From positions 42,843 to 106,842 of the forward strand of contig DAIORV010000001.1 of the NCBI GenBank assembly GCA_036752825.1: a stretch of DNA of 64,000 nucleotides, written 5' to 3'. This stretch comes from Chloroflexota bacterium. GTDB taxonomy: Bacteria; Chloroflexota; UBA5177. The notes beneath the pieces were generated by a model. That model was not told where the DNA came from. It saw nothing but the letters and a program-made list of their open reading frames with translations, and did not search any database. Shown here piece after piece: positions 1 through 9,695 of this stretch; within the stretch, counting starts at the first letter, position 1, and each line of letters starts with the position of its first letter. A program made the translations under genes and the position numbers.

Positions 1-332
1 CTTACGATATGCCGATGTCGAAAATCGTGCAGCATTTGCAAGACATCGCCGGGCCGTCCTACTACGACCGCCTCGACATTCGCTTTCCCGAAGAGAAGCG
101 AGAGGAGGTCATAGCACGCTTTCAGGGGGAACATCCTGCTCAGATTGCAGGAGAAAGCGTGGACCATGTTCAGACGTTGGACGGCTTCAAGTACTTCCTG
201 AAAGACGGAAGTTGGCTTCTGGTTCGTTCCTCGGGCACAGAACCCTTGATCCGCCTTTACACCGAGGCGACCAGTCCGGAAATGGCGCAGCGAGTCCTCG
301 AGGCCGGTAAGCAAATGGCGGGACTAGCCTAG
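1..332 (+). CDS. C-terminal fragment of a phosphoglucomutase/phosphomannomutase-family (alpha-D-phosphohexomutase) protein; the 5' end lies outside the window
   Basis: The frame is open from the window edge. The C-terminal motif '...LVRSSGTEPLIRLYTEA...' is typical of PGM/PMM domain IV. Stop at 330-332. Confidence 0.6.
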   Translation, partial: YDMPMSKIVQHLQDIAGPSYYDRLDIRFPEEKREEVIARFQGEHPAQIAGESVDHVQTLDGFKYFLKDGSWLLVRSSGTEPLIRLYTEATSPEMAQRVLEAGKQMAGLA

Positions 333-1687
333 CTGGCTCGCTCCGATCGTCCGCGAGCCCGGAAGTAGAGGCGGATAGGCGTGCCGAAGAAGCCAAACCT
401 GTCCCGCAGCCGGTTTTCGAGATACCGTTTGAAACCGAAGTGTGCCAGGTCCGGCTCGTTGACCTTCACCACGAAGGTCGGTGGATCGACGCCCACCTGA
501 GTGATGTAAAGCAGCTTGAGCAGCCGGCCTCGGTGGGATGGCGCTTGATGTTCGTGGAGCGCGCGCTGCACTGCGTCATTTAGGGGACCGGTTGGCACGC
601 GCTTCATTCGTTCGGCGCGGATCTGGAGCGCGAGCTGGAGGACGTTCTGGATACGCTGACCGGTTTTTGCCGAAATGAAAACGATAGGGATATAAGGCAT
701 GAACTTGTACGCCTCGCGCAGCATGCGCTCGTACTGGCCCATGGTGTTGCTTTCCTTCGGAATCAAATCCCACTTGTTAACCGCCACCACGAGCCCTTTG
801 GCCTCTTCATGGACGAAGCCGGCCAAGTGCGCATCCTGGGCCGCGACCGGAACCGTCGCGTCCACCAGCAGGACGGCGACATCGCATCGTTCGACGGCTC
901 GCAGAGCTCGGATGACGCTGTAGCGCTCGATACCCTGCTCGACCTTGCCCCGCCGCCGGATCCCCGCCGTGTCCACCAAAATGACTCGCTGCTCATCTAA
1001 CTCGATCTCGGTATCAATGGCGTCTCGGGTGGTGCCGGGAGTAGGCGAAACCACCGTCCTCTTCTTGCCCACCAATGCGTTCACGAGTGAAGACTTGCCC
1101 ACGTTCGGACGCCCTACGATTGCCACTCGGACAGAGTCGGTTTCGGCCTCCTCCTCAATTGCCGGTGGAAGCGTGTCTACGATTGCGTCCAGCAGGTCCC
1201 CCACGCCCAAACCACGTTCCGCTGAGACTGGGATCGGATCCCCCAGACCAAGAGCGTGGAATTCGAGGGCGCTACTCTCCTGCTTCACGTTGTCCACCTT
1301 GTTGACCGCCAGGATCAGAGGTTTGCTGGTTCTCCTCAGCATGTCGGCGATGTCTTCGTCCACCGGAGTCACGCCTGTACGAGAGTCCAGCACGAACACG
1401 ATAGTGTCCGCTTCCTCAATCGCGATTTGGATCTGCTCGAACACGCTCTCGGTGACGTCTTCCGATACGCCCGGTACGATACCGCCGGTGTCGACGACTG
1501 AAGCTATGCGTCCGCGCCAATCAAATGTTCCGTGCAGGCGGTCCCGCGTGGTCCCCGGAAAATCTTCGACTATGGCCACTCGGGCGCCGACTAATCGGTT
1601 GAACAGGGTGGACTTTCCGACGTTTGGACGCCCCACGAGAGCGACAAGTGGTCGAGGCAAGATGAAATCTCTCTTTGAAATCAGCAA
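329..1687 (-). CDS. der: Ribosome-associated GTPase Der/EngA (tandem GTPase domains)
   Basis: Two G domains each with 'GRPNVGKS(T/S)L' P-loops and DTAG motifs, plus a KH-like C-terminus. 452 aa. Confidence 0.9.
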   Translation of the reverse strand: MLISKRDFILPRPLVALVGRPNVGKSTLFNRLVGARVAIVEDFPGTTRDRLHGTFDWRGRIASVVDTGGIVPGVSEDVTESVFEQIQIAIEEADTIVFVLDSRTGVTPVDEDIADMLRRTSKPLILAVNKVDNVKQESSALEFHALGLGDPIPVSAERGLGVGDLLDAIVDTLPPAIEEEAETDSVRVAIVGRPNVGKSSLVNALVGKKRTVVSPTPGTTRDAIDTEIELDEQRVILVDTAGIRRRGKVEQGIERYSVIRALRAVERCDVAVLLVDATVPVAAQDAHLAGFVHEEAKGLVVAVNKWDLIPKESNTMGQYERMLREAYKFMPYIPIVFISAKTGQRIQNVLQLALQIRAERMKRVPTGPLNDAVQRALHEHQAPSHRGRLLKLLYITQVGVDPPTFVVKVNEPDLAHFGFKRYLENRLRDRFGFFGTPIRLYFRARGRSERAS

Positions 1688-1749
1688 CCGACGGAAATCA
1701 TGCGACTCGCCACCGTGGACCGTCGGCGAGCCGAGACTCAGACCAAGCG

Positions 1750-2439
1750 TTATTGCTCTTTGTTTTGGAGCTTGTTCTCGACAAGCAGCACAGCGCGCCG
1801 AACAGTCTCCTCGGGAGTCAGCCCGTCGGTCTCCAACACTATAGCATCGTCAGCTTGACGTAACGGTGACACCTTTCGTCCACTGTCTCGGCTATCTCGC
1901 GCCCGAATTCGGCTCAGCTCCAACTGCGTGTCACCGCCAACGTCATCCTCGGACCGTTCGTGCCGTCGCCGTGTAGCACGCGTTTGCGCGGAGGCCGTCA
2001 CCCAGAGCTTCGCGTCTGCATTCGGAAGAACGACGGTTCCGATGTCCCGCCCCACCATGACGATGCCGCCGCCGCGGGCTATCTCCCGCTGGCGTTCGAC
2101 GAGGGCCTTGCGGACCTCGGGGTGCGCCGACACAGTCGAGACTGCAGCTTCCACCTCGGTCGTTCGCAGCTCTTCGTTCATACGGCGCCCATCCACCAGC
2201 ACACCCTCGCCGAGATCTCGCACCGGCCCAAACCGGGTCGTGCGAGCTACATCTGCTAGGGGAGGGCCGTTCGTAGGATCGATGCCTTGGCTGAGACCGA
2301 GATAGGTGACGGCTCGATACATCAGACCGGTGTCCAGGTAGCGGAAGCCAAGGGCTTCCGCCACTCCCTTGCCGACCGTCGATTTACCTGCGGCTGCGGG
2401 GCCGTCGATCGCGATCGACGGCTTTTGCTCCGCGCTCAT
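1750..2439 (-). CDS. cmk: Cytidylate kinase
   Basis: 'IAIDGPAAAGKSTVGK...LGFRYLDTGLMYRA' is a Cmk signature. 229 aa. The 5' end overlaps the 3' end of rluB by about 56 nt. Confidence 0.85.
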   Translation of the reverse strand: MSAEQKPSIAIDGPAAAGKSTVGKGVAEALGFRYLDTGLMYRAVTYLGLSQGIDPTNGPPLADVARTTRFGPVRDLGEGVLVDGRRMNEELRTTEVEAAVSTVSAHPEVRKALVERQREIARGGGIVMVGRDIGTVVLPNADAKLWVTASAQTRATRRRHERSEDDVGGDTQLELSRIRARDSRDSGRKVSPLRQADDAIVLETDGLTPEETVRRAVLLVENKLQNKEQ

Positions 2440-3199
2440 TCACACCTCGTGCCGCCAGCTCTCGGATGCCCTGCACCTCGTGCAGGCTCAGCACGCGAGA
2501 CTGGCCCTCATCCAATGTTCCGAGACGAACCGTTCCAATTCGCTCACGGCGAAGCAGCTCGACCGCGTGTCCGACGGCGGCGAACATGAGGCGTATCTGT
2601 CGCTTCTTTCCCTCCACGAGCGTGACCAGAAGCGTCGTGGCCGAAGCTGTTTGCGACACCATGCTCACGGTTGCAGGCGATGTCTTGGTCCCGTCAGGAA
2701 GCGGAGCTCCCCTCTGAAGCTGGAGCAGAGCGCCATCAGACACTTTGCCGTGGACGGTGACCTCATACTCCTTCTGGATCCCGTATCTCGGATGCGTCAC
2801 AAGGTTCGCCCAGTCTCCGTCATCTGTGAGGAGAAGGAGCCCGGAAGTGTCCTTGTCAAGGCGGCCCACGGGATTCACCCGGTGACTCGTTTCCATAAAC
2901 TCCATCACAGTTTGTTCGCCGTGCGTGCTGGCGAGGCTCGTAACAAAGCCGGCGGGCTTATGCAATGCGACATACAATTTCTCTCCAGGAAGCTCGATCA
3001 CGCGGCCATCTACGACAATTTCATCTCGCCCGGAATGCACCCTCTGTCCGACCAGAGCCGTGTCCCCGTTGACTGTGACGCGCCCCTCGGCGATCATGTT
3101 CTCTGCGGCTCTCCGAGAGGCTACTCCTGCGGCTGCAAGAATTTTTTGCAGGCGATCCCCGTCCCCCGACGCAGCTCCATTCCTGCGGCCCGCCATCAA
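2384..3199 (-). CDS. rluB: 23S rRNA pseudouridine synthase, RsuA/RluB family (N-terminal S4 domain plus an Arg-rich tail)
   Basis: S4 motif 'ILAAAGVASRRAAENMIAEGRVTVNG', catalytic-region motif 'RLDKDTSGLLLLTDDG', and a basic C-terminal tail. Confidence 0.8.
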   Translation of the reverse strand: MMAGRRNGAASGDGDRLQKILAAAGVASRRAAENMIAEGRVTVNGDTALVGQRVHSGRDEIVVDGRVIELPGEKLYVALHKPAGFVTSLASTHGEQTVMEFMETSHRVNPVGRLDKDTSGLLLLTDDGDWANLVTHPRYGIQKEYEVTVHGKVSDGALLQLQRGAPLPDGTKTSPATVSMVSQTASATTLLVTLVEGKKRQIRLMFAAVGHAVELLRRERIGTVRLGTLDEGQSRVLSLHEVQGIRELAARGVNERGAKAVDRDRRPRSRR

Positions 3200-3309
3200 C
3201 GCCTCCCGTCCTTGCGCAACTCTACCAAGTAGAAAGTCGTCCGGGCTGTAACCTTATTACCATTGGGCAGCCAAGCGCGTGGCGGCGAGAAGCCGCCGAG
3301 GAGCGAAAA

Positions 3310-3945
3310 ATGACGTCAATGGACTCTGTCGTCGCAAGCATCACCAGCGAGCTCGAAGTCAAGCAGAAATCACGCGATCGGGCGTTGGTCGATTCGCGAC
3401 AGATCGTCCGGCACGCTGCCACGTGCATCCGAGCACTCCACCGGGGCGAGTTCGACAAGGCCAACGAGAGCCTGCAGCAGGGGCGCGCCATGGTGGCAGC
3501 CACGCGCGCTGAACTCGCGGAGCATCCGGATCTTTACTGGACCGGCTACGTCCAGGACTCGCAAAAGGAGATTGCCGAGGCCTATCTGGTGGCTGCCATT
3601 GTGCAAGACAGGGATCTGCCGGCGCCTCGCGACATTGGGGTCGAGAACGCCCCTTTTCTGAATGGGCTAGCGGAGGCGGCCAGTGAAATGCGTCGTTATG
3701 CTCTGGACCGAATTCGAAAGGGTTCAGATGCCGATATGACGGAGGCGGAGCGAGTGCTTCAAGCGATGGACGATATTTACACCGCCCTCATTACCGTTGA
3801 CTTCCCGGACGCCATCACGGGAGGCCTGCGCCGAACCACCGATTCGCTTCGCGCGGTATTGGAGCGCACGCGTGGTGATCTCACCCTCACGTTGCGTCAG
3901 GCTGAGCTTGCTCGCGCCCTTATGCAGAGCAATCGAATCCAATAG
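3310..3945 (+). CDS. Translin/TRAX-family (COG2178-like) protein
   Basis: All-helical 211-aa protein. '...KSRDRALVDSRQIVRHAATCIRALHRGE...' resembles the translin 'SRDIT..SK..IF.LHR' block. An RBS GAGGAG precedes ATG 3310. Confidence 0.5.
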   Translation: MTSMDSVVASITSELEVKQKSRDRALVDSRQIVRHAATCIRALHRGEFDKANESLQQGRAMVAATRAELAEHPDLYWTGYVQDSQKEIAEAYLVAAIVQDRDLPAPRDIGVENAPFLNGLAEAASEMRRYALDRIRKGSDADMTEAERVLQAMDDIYTALITVDFPDAITGGLRRTTDSLRAVLERTRGDLTLTLRQAELARALMQSNRIQ

Positions 3946-3954
3946 TTGGAACCC

Positions 3955-3983
3955 TTGTAACTTCGCCAACAAGTGGCTACACT
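3955..3983 (+). promoter_or_regulatory. Candidate sigma70-type promoter for the 4035 gene (TTGTAA-17 nt-TACACT)
   Basis: -35 TTGTAA at 3955-3960, a 17-nt spacer, and -10 TACACT at 3978-3983, lying between the translin-like stop (3945) and the next start. Confidence 0.4.
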
Positions 3984-4034
3984 CGGACACGAGAATCCAA
4001 GGCGTCCGATTTTGAGTCCACGGAGGTCCCGTCT

Positions 4035-4682
4035 TTGGTGGCTGCCGGAGATTTCCAGGGAAGACGGGCTCCCTACGCGCCCATATCCGCTCTGGAGAAA
4101 TTCTTCGAGCGAATACGCGACCGTCAAACTCCGGATCGTGTCGATCACAAGTTTCTACGCAAGCTCGGTGTCGCCCACAACAACGAGTACTCGCTTCTCA
4201 GTGCGCTCAAGTTTCTCGGTATCTTGGATGAGTATGGAACTCCGACGACTTCGTACCGAAGTCTCCAAACCACTGATCAGTTCAAGGAAGCCCTTTGGAA
4301 CTTGGTCCAGCGCGCTTACAAGCCAGTTTTCGAAGCAGGCGCCAATACTTGGTCTACCGCAGAGCTGGTCGACTTCTTTCGAGTGAACAGTTCCGCTTCA
4401 CAGGCCAAGAATGCGGCGCGCTTTTTTCGAGCCGTCTGCAACCTCGCCGATCACGAAGCATCCCCTGCGGTGGGCAGCCTGCCGCAGGCCGAGACGAGGG
4501 CGCTCCGGCCAGACGCGGGCCGGCAGCCACCTTCCCATTCAGTTTCCAGACAGATGTTGCCCGCCAAAGCGGCCCTACTCGAAAAGCTACCGGCGGCGCA
4601 ACCTGGCTGGTCAGCGGATGAATATCTTCAGATCTGCGATCGGTTTATCGAGATGCTGCGACATCTCGATGAACCGGCCTAA
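4035..4682 (+). CDS. Hypothetical protein (possibly DUF5343-like); partner of the translin-like gene
   Basis: GGAGG at 4023-4027 sits 7 nt before TTG 4035 (a GTG is at 4038). No motif I can assign with confidence. The Pro/Ala/Gln-rich middle segment looks disordered. Confidence 0.55.
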   Translation: MVAAGDFQGRRAPYAPISALEKFFERIRDRQTPDRVDHKFLRKLGVAHNNEYSLLSALKFLGILDEYGTPTTSYRSLQTTDQFKEALWNLVQRAYKPVFEAGANTWSTAELVDFFRVNSSASQAKNAARFFRAVCNLADHEASPAVGSLPQAETRALRPDAGRQPPSHSVSRQMLPAKAALLEKLPAAQPGWSADEYLQICDRFIEMLRHLDEPA

Positions 4683-4929
4683 GCGCCCGCAGCCGGCTGC
4701 CTAGACAACGAAAAGACGCCCGGCAATCGCTCCCTTGACCAGTGGGCAACCCGGTCGAGACAGCGACTGCCGGACGTCCTTGGACCACAATTCCAAGAGC
4801 CGCAGACGACCTCTTCCCTCGACACCATCATAGTACAAGGCGCACAAGAAGTCAAACAAGAAATGCAAGAACCTTGGACAGCGCGGCTGCGCTAAGCTAT
4901 GTACTGTTTGAGCCCGAGATCCTTCTTCT

Positions 4930-7900
4930 ATGGTGACGCCCTTGCCAGGTAGCTTCGTACATCTGCACGCCCATTCGTCCTACTCTCTGTTGGACGGGCT
5001 CGCGCGGATCGACGACATGCTGCAGACGGCAAAAGACGCTGGAATGCCTGCTCTCGCGCTGACCGACCATGGCGCTATGTTCGGAGCTATTGAGTTCTAC
5101 GGCAAGGCGAGAGAGCTTGGTATAAAGCCGATCATTGGGTGCGAGGTGTACGTCTCAGGGGAGCCCCTCGACGACAAGCCGGGGCCCCAATCGAAGACTT
5201 TTCATCTCGTTCTCCTCGCCGAGAACGAGATCGGGTACCGCAACCTGATTCAGCTCACCACGGCAGCTCATCTTCGCGGCTTCTACCGCAAGCCGCGAGT
5301 CGATCATGCGCTGCTCGAGAAGCATAATGAAGGATTGATTTGTCTTTCAGGTTGTGCCAGCGGAGAGCTCGCTCGAACGATCCTGGAGGGCAATTTGCGC
5401 GTTGCCGAACAACTGGCCGACTGGCATCGCCAGGTCTTTCCAGGTCGCTACTACCTCGAGCTGCAGTATCACGACCTCGAAGTGCAGACAACGATCAATC
5501 AAGGCGTCATCCACTTGAGCCGTAGCCTCGATCTGCCCCTGGTCGCGACCAACGACGTGCACTACGTTCGCAGCAGCCAGGCGAAAGCCCACGAGGTGCT
5601 GCTGTGCGTCCAGACTCAGACGACGATGGCGGATCCGAAGCGCATGCGGATGGAGACGCCGGAGTTTTACCTAAAGACCGCCGACCAGATGGCATCGCTC
5701 TTTGCTGACTATCCGGCTGCCTTGACGAACACTCTTGAGATTGCCGAGCGATGCAACCTGGCACTCGATTTCGGCCGTCCGCAGCTGCCTCATTTCCCGG
5801 CCCCGAAAGGACGAACCTCCGATGAGCATCTCCGTGCTCTCTGCGAGGAAGGCCTGGTTCTCCGCTACCCTTCGGCAGACGATGACGTGCGAAGCCGGCT
5901 AGATTACGAGCTCTCCGTCATCACGAGTACCGGCTTCGTTGACTATTTTCTGCTCGTCCACGACGTCATCCATTTCGCGCGCACTCACGGTATCCCAGTA
6001 GGGCCGGGGCGCGGCAGCGCCGCGGGCAGCATCGTAGCGTACTGCCTCTTCATTACCAGTGTGGATCCAATTCGCCACGGTCTTTCCTTTGAGCGCTTTC
6101 TCAACCCGGATCGGGTGTCTATGCCTGACATGGATCTGGATTTTGCGGATGACCGCAGGGACGAGCTGATTCGCTACGTGACGGCCAAATACGGCAGAGA
6201 TCGAGTCGCCCAGATCATCACCTTCGGGACAATGGGCGTGAAGGCGGGTGTTCGCGACGTAGGCCGGGCGCTCGGCATGTCGTACGCCGATGTCGATCGA
6301 GTCGCCAAGCTGATTCCCCCAACCTGCTCGACCGTTGAGAAGGCGAAGGAAGAAGCGCCTGACCTGCAGATGTTGTACGAGGATGACCCTAACATCACCA
6401 AGTTGATGGATACTGTGCAGGACCTTGAAGGGGTGGCCAGGCACGCGTCGACTCACGCTGCGGGTGTGCTCATATCTCGTGATCCCCTTTCGCAGCACGT
6501 CCCGCTGTACAAGGTGCCCAAGAGCGAGCAGATTTCGTCGCAATACGCCATGGGCGCCATCGAAAAAATCGGCCTGCTCAAGCTCGATTTTCTTGGCCTG
6601 CGAACGCTGACCATTCTTCAGCGTGCCTGCAACTTCGTAAAAGCCACGACCGGACAAGATATTGATCTCGAGGCAATCTCGCTCGAGGATCCTTCCATTT
6701 ATCAGCTTCTAAACACCGGCGAGACCTTCGGAGTGTTTCAGGTCGATAAGGGCATGCGGAACCATATCAAGAACCTGCATCCGGAAGAGTTCAACCACAT
6801 CGTGGCTCTCATCTCCCTATATAGACCGGGCCCGATGCAGTACATCGAGCGCTTCTGCGATCGGAAAAACGGAAGGCTGCCGGTCGAATACAAGCACCCG
6901 GATCTCGAGGAGGCTCTGCGAGAGACCTACGGCATAGTCGTGTACCAGGAACAGGTCATGAAGATGTTGAACCTCCTGGCCGGCTACTCGCCGGGTGAGG
7001 CCGATCTGGTCCGCCGAGCCATGGCCAAGAAGAAAGCAGATCAACTGGCCCTCGAGAAGGAGCGCTTCCTCGAGCGCACGGTGGCCCGTGGACTCAGCGA
7101 GCAGCTCGCAGGGGAGCTGTTCTCCGACATCGAGCCGTTTGCGGGCTACGCCTTTCCCAAAGCGCATGCGGCAGCGTACGCCGTGCTTACCTGCCAGACC
7201 GCCTACATGAAGGCTAATTATCCACGGGAATACATGTGCGGGCTGCTCTCGGCGGAGAAAGAGAACGCGGAAAAGGTTTCCGAGGCAATGGCGGAGTGCC
7301 GGCACATGGGCATAGCCGTCCTGCCGCCGGACGTGAATGCTAGCCAACTCGACTTTACGATCCAGGATGGAAAGATCCGTTTTGGACTGTGCGCTGTGAA
7401 GAATGTCGGAGCAGCGGCGGTCGAGTCCATCGTCGAAACTCGACGCGTGGGCGGAGCTTTCGCGAATCTGGAGGACTTGTGCTCTCGTCTGGACTGGACA
7501 ATCGTGAGTAAGCGGGTCATCGAGAGCCTCGCGAAATGTGGTGCTCTAGACTCGTTCGGGCTCGAACGAGGCCGCCTTGTTGCCGGAGTCGACCGGATAG
7601 TGGGTGTCGGGACGCAAATGCAACGCGCCGCAGCAGCGGGTCAGGCCTCACTCTTCGGGGATGTGGCTGACTCCCCAACGACCTTGCAGCTCCCGATGGT
7701 TGCGGCGCCGGCGACTCTCGAAGAAAAGATCATGTGGGAAGAGGAGCTGATCGGAATCGCGGTGACTCAACATCCGTTCGTCGACGCCATCGAGGGCCTC
7801 CGCGACTTCCAAGTTCTCCCACCGGTCGAAATTTCAGACGAGCGTGACGGAGAGAAGCTTCTCGTCGGAGGCATCATGAAAAGCCTTCGCTCCTTCCCAA

Positions 7901-8469
7901 CCAAGGACGGAAGGATGATGGCGCGCTTTCAGCTTTCCGATCTGCAAGCATCGCTCGACGCCGTGGTCTTCAACCGAAGTTACGGTCAGGTGCGAGTCCG
8001 TCTCATCGAAGGCAGCGTCGTGGTTGCTTCGGGAACTATCAGTGCGTCCGACGGTCGTCTGCAGATCCTCGTAGATGCTTTACATACCCCCGAGGAAGTG
8101 GTTTCGCTTCCCGTTCCCTCCAACGGAAACGGACGACGTAATGGCCACTCGAACGGCCGTTCCGGACCAAGCTCCGGCGAGTCGAAGGAGAGCTCGGTGG
8201 CGTCTGACGAGCCGCGCAGGATACGAATTCGGGTTCTGAGAAGTGAAGATCGAGCGGCCGATCTCGATCGGCTTGAGGCCGTATACGCGGCGTTGCAGCG
8301 TCGCCACGGAACGGATGAGGTGGAGATCGTAGTCGAAATCGCCGGATCCGATTTGAAGCTTCAACTTCCCAACCGTTATACGTGCTTCAGCCCCGAGCTC
8401 GTGGCCGACCTTTCGGCGGTCGTGCAGATCTCGGAGCTCAGCGTCGACGGCGCCCCAGTCGGACGTTAG
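4930..8469 (+). CDS. dnaE: DNA polymerase III alpha subunit (replicative DnaE1)
   Basis: N-terminal PHP motif 'FVHLHAHSSYSLLDG'. 1179 aa. Contains a palm/fingers segment (LRTLTILQ..) and the catalytic motif GVFQVDKG. Confidence 0.9.
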   Translation: MVTPLPGSFVHLHAHSSYSLLDGLARIDDMLQTAKDAGMPALALTDHGAMFGAIEFYGKARELGIKPIIGCEVYVSGEPLDDKPGPQSKTFHLVLLAENEIGYRNLIQLTTAAHLRGFYRKPRVDHALLEKHNEGLICLSGCASGELARTILEGNLRVAEQLADWHRQVFPGRYYLELQYHDLEVQTTINQGVIHLSRSLDLPLVATNDVHYVRSSQAKAHEVLLCVQTQTTMADPKRMRMETPEFYLKTADQMASLFADYPAALTNTLEIAERCNLALDFGRPQLPHFPAPKGRTSDEHLRALCEEGLVLRYPSADDDVRSRLDYELSVITSTGFVDYFLLVHDVIHFARTHGIPVGPGRGSAAGSIVAYCLFITSVDPIRHGLSFERFLNPDRVSMPDMDLDFADDRRDELIRYVTAKYGRDRVAQIITFGTMGVKAGVRDVGRALGMSYADVDRVAKLIPPTCSTVEKAKEEAPDLQMLYEDDPNITKLMDTVQDLEGVARHASTHAAGVLISRDPLSQHVPLYKVPKSEQISSQYAMGAIEKIGLLKLDFLGLRTLTILQRACNFVKATTGQDIDLEAISLEDPSIYQLLNTGETFGVFQVDKGMRNHIKNLHPEEFNHIVALISLYRPGPMQYIERFCDRKNGRLPVEYKHPDLEEALRETYGIVVYQEQVMKMLNLLAGYSPGEADLVRRAMAKKKADQLALEKERFLERTVARGLSEQLAGELFSDIEPFAGYAFPKAHAAAYAVLTCQTAYMKANYPREYMCGLLSAEKENAEKVSEAMAECRHMGIAVLPPDVNASQLDFTIQDGKIRFGLCAVKNVGAAAVESIVETRRVGGAFANLEDLCSRLDWTIVSKRVIESLAKCGALDSFGLERGRLVAGVDRIVGVGTQMQRAAAAGQASLFGDVADSPTTLQLPMVAAPATLEEKIMWEEELIGIAVTQHPFVDAIEGLRDFQVLPPVEISDERDGEKLLVGGIMKSLRSFPTKDGRMMARFQLSDLQASLDAVVFNRSYGQVRVRLIEGSVVVASGTISASDGRLQILVDALHTPEEVVSLPVPSNGNGRRNGHSNGRSGPSSGESKESSVASDEPRRIRIRVLRSEDRAADLDRLEAVYAALQRRHGTDEVEIVVEIAGSDLKLQLPNRYTCFSPELVADLSAVVQISELSVDGAPVGR

Positions 8470-9695
8470 CCTGGGGGCAGACGCCAAACCTGGACGCTGC
8501 CTACCTCGCCGGCGCCCATTTCGTCTCGATCCTCCGGCATTACCAGGAGACCATCCGCCGCCGCTAGAGGGTGGATCATGGCCGAGTCCTGGGCGCCCGC
8601 TAGCCGCGCCCGGAAAGCACCGTCGCGATATGACAGTCGTACTCTGGCAAAGGTTCGCCGCCCTCCGCGATTGTCAATCTTCTCTTCCACAATCGCTTGT
8701 ATGACGGGCCTAAAGGGAGCCGCACCCAGCATGATTCGCAAGACCGGGCGAACAAAGAGCTCAAAGGTAACCATGGCGCTGGTCGGGTTTCCAGGGAGGC
8801 CAATGATCGACTTTCCGAAGACCTTCCCGAATAGCAAGGGTTTTCCGGGCCGAACTCGGACCCTCCAGAAGCCTACTTCTCCATGGGTCGCCACCACATC
8901 CTTCATATGGTCGTGATCGCCGACTGACGCACCGCCGGAGGTAACGATCAGATCCGAGGTGGCCGCGGAACGCAACGCGACTGTGAGACCTGAAACCGAG
9001 TCTTCTGCCGATTGCAAACTCTGCGCGCGACCTCCCGCCTCCTCGACGGCTGCGGTGAGCATCGGCGAGTTGCTGTTGTAGATCTGCCCCCGCTCCAGCG
9101 GCAAACCGGGCGAAATCAGTTCATCCCCGGTCGAGAGGATGGTGACGTGGGGCCGGCGCACCACCAGCACCTCAGCGTTGCCGGTCGAGGCGAGCAGGGC
9201 CAACTGAGAAGCAGCGAGCTCGGTCCCCTGAGCCAGCAGCTCCTGGCCCTTCCTCACATCCTGTCCTGCGGGACGTACGCAGGCCCCCGCGTGCACCGGA
9301 GCGACGACTTCTATGCCTTCATCTAGCTCAATGACCTCTTCAAATGGGACGACCGCATCAGCACCGGCTGGTAGCGGGGCGCCGGTCATAATCCGTGCGC
9401 ACGTGCCTCGTGAGATCCTCGCCTCACCGGCGGAGCCTGCCGCGATATGGGTCGTCACGGGCAGCGTAATCGGGTTGTTCTTTGACGCCCGCGCGGTGTC
9501 TCCACTCACTAGCGCGAAGCCGTCCATGGACGAGTTAGCGAACGGTGGGACGCTTAGGTTCGATGAAACGGAGGATGCAAGGATTCTGGCGCGTGCCTCT
9601 CTCAGAGGCACCATCTCGGCCTCTAAACGTTCGAAGTTCTCGAAGATTCGAGCTTGGGCTTCGTCCGCCGAGAGAAGATCAGCCAGCTTCGCCAC
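8466..9695 (-). CDS. moeA: Molybdopterin molybdenumtransferase MoeA
   Basis: 'SNSPMLTAAVEEAGG', 'SGGASVGDHD' and 'GLPGNPTSAMVTFELFVRPVL' are MoeA/gephyrin-E motifs. The ORF-track start 9773 is probably an upstream extension. GTG 9695 gives an N-terminus 'VAKLADLLSADEAQARI...' resembling MoeA starts; an ATG at 9614 is the alternative. Confidence 0.75.
   Translation of the reverse strand: MAKLADLLSADEAQARIFENFERLEAEMVPLREARARILASSVSSNLSVPPFANSSMDGFALVSGDTARASKNNPITLPVTTHIAAGSAGEARISRGTCARIMTGAPLPAGADAVVPFEEVIELDEGIEVVAPVHAGACVRPAGQDVRKGQELLAQGTELAASQLALLASTGNAEVLVVRRPHVTILSTGDELISPGLPLERGQIYNSNSPMLTAAVEEAGGRAQSLQSAEDSVSGLTVALRSAATSDLIVTSGGASVGDHDHMKDVVATHGEVGFWRVRVRPGKPLLFGKVFGKSIIGLPGNPTSAMVTFELFVRPVLRIMLGAAPFRPVIQAIVEEKIDNRGGRRTFARVRLSYRDGAFRARLAGAQDSAMIHPLAAADGLLVMPEDRDEMGAGEVGSVQVWRLPPG

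Noticed and set aside
945-1844. 299-aa plus-strand ORF overlapping der
   Set aside because: Antisense to the unmistakable tandem-GTPase der gene. Ser/Thr/Arg-rich, no motifs.
2369-3232. 287-aa plus-strand ORF overlapping rluB
   Set aside because: Antisense to the rluB S4 and pseudouridine-synthase domains; an artefact.
4683-4929. 247-nt A/C-richer gap upstream of dnaE as a possible small RNA or the 64-aa ORF 4742..4936
   Set aside because: No convincing hairpin-terminator or conserved RNA motif is seen by eye. A TTGGAC-18-TATGTA dnaE promoter candidate at 4874-4903 explains the region more economically.
5899-6657. 252-aa minus-strand ORF inside dnaE. Similar internal antisense ORFs occur at 6817..7347, 24929..25588, 25480..26043, 28178..28909, 33783..34526, 34994..35497, 37421..37966, 40947..41546, 43112..43777, 47509..48069, 54023..54460, 55320..55817, 56552..57043, 58571..59209 and 62410..63039.
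   Set aside because: All lie within and antisense to genes with strong family signatures. High GC suppresses stop codons in alternative frames.
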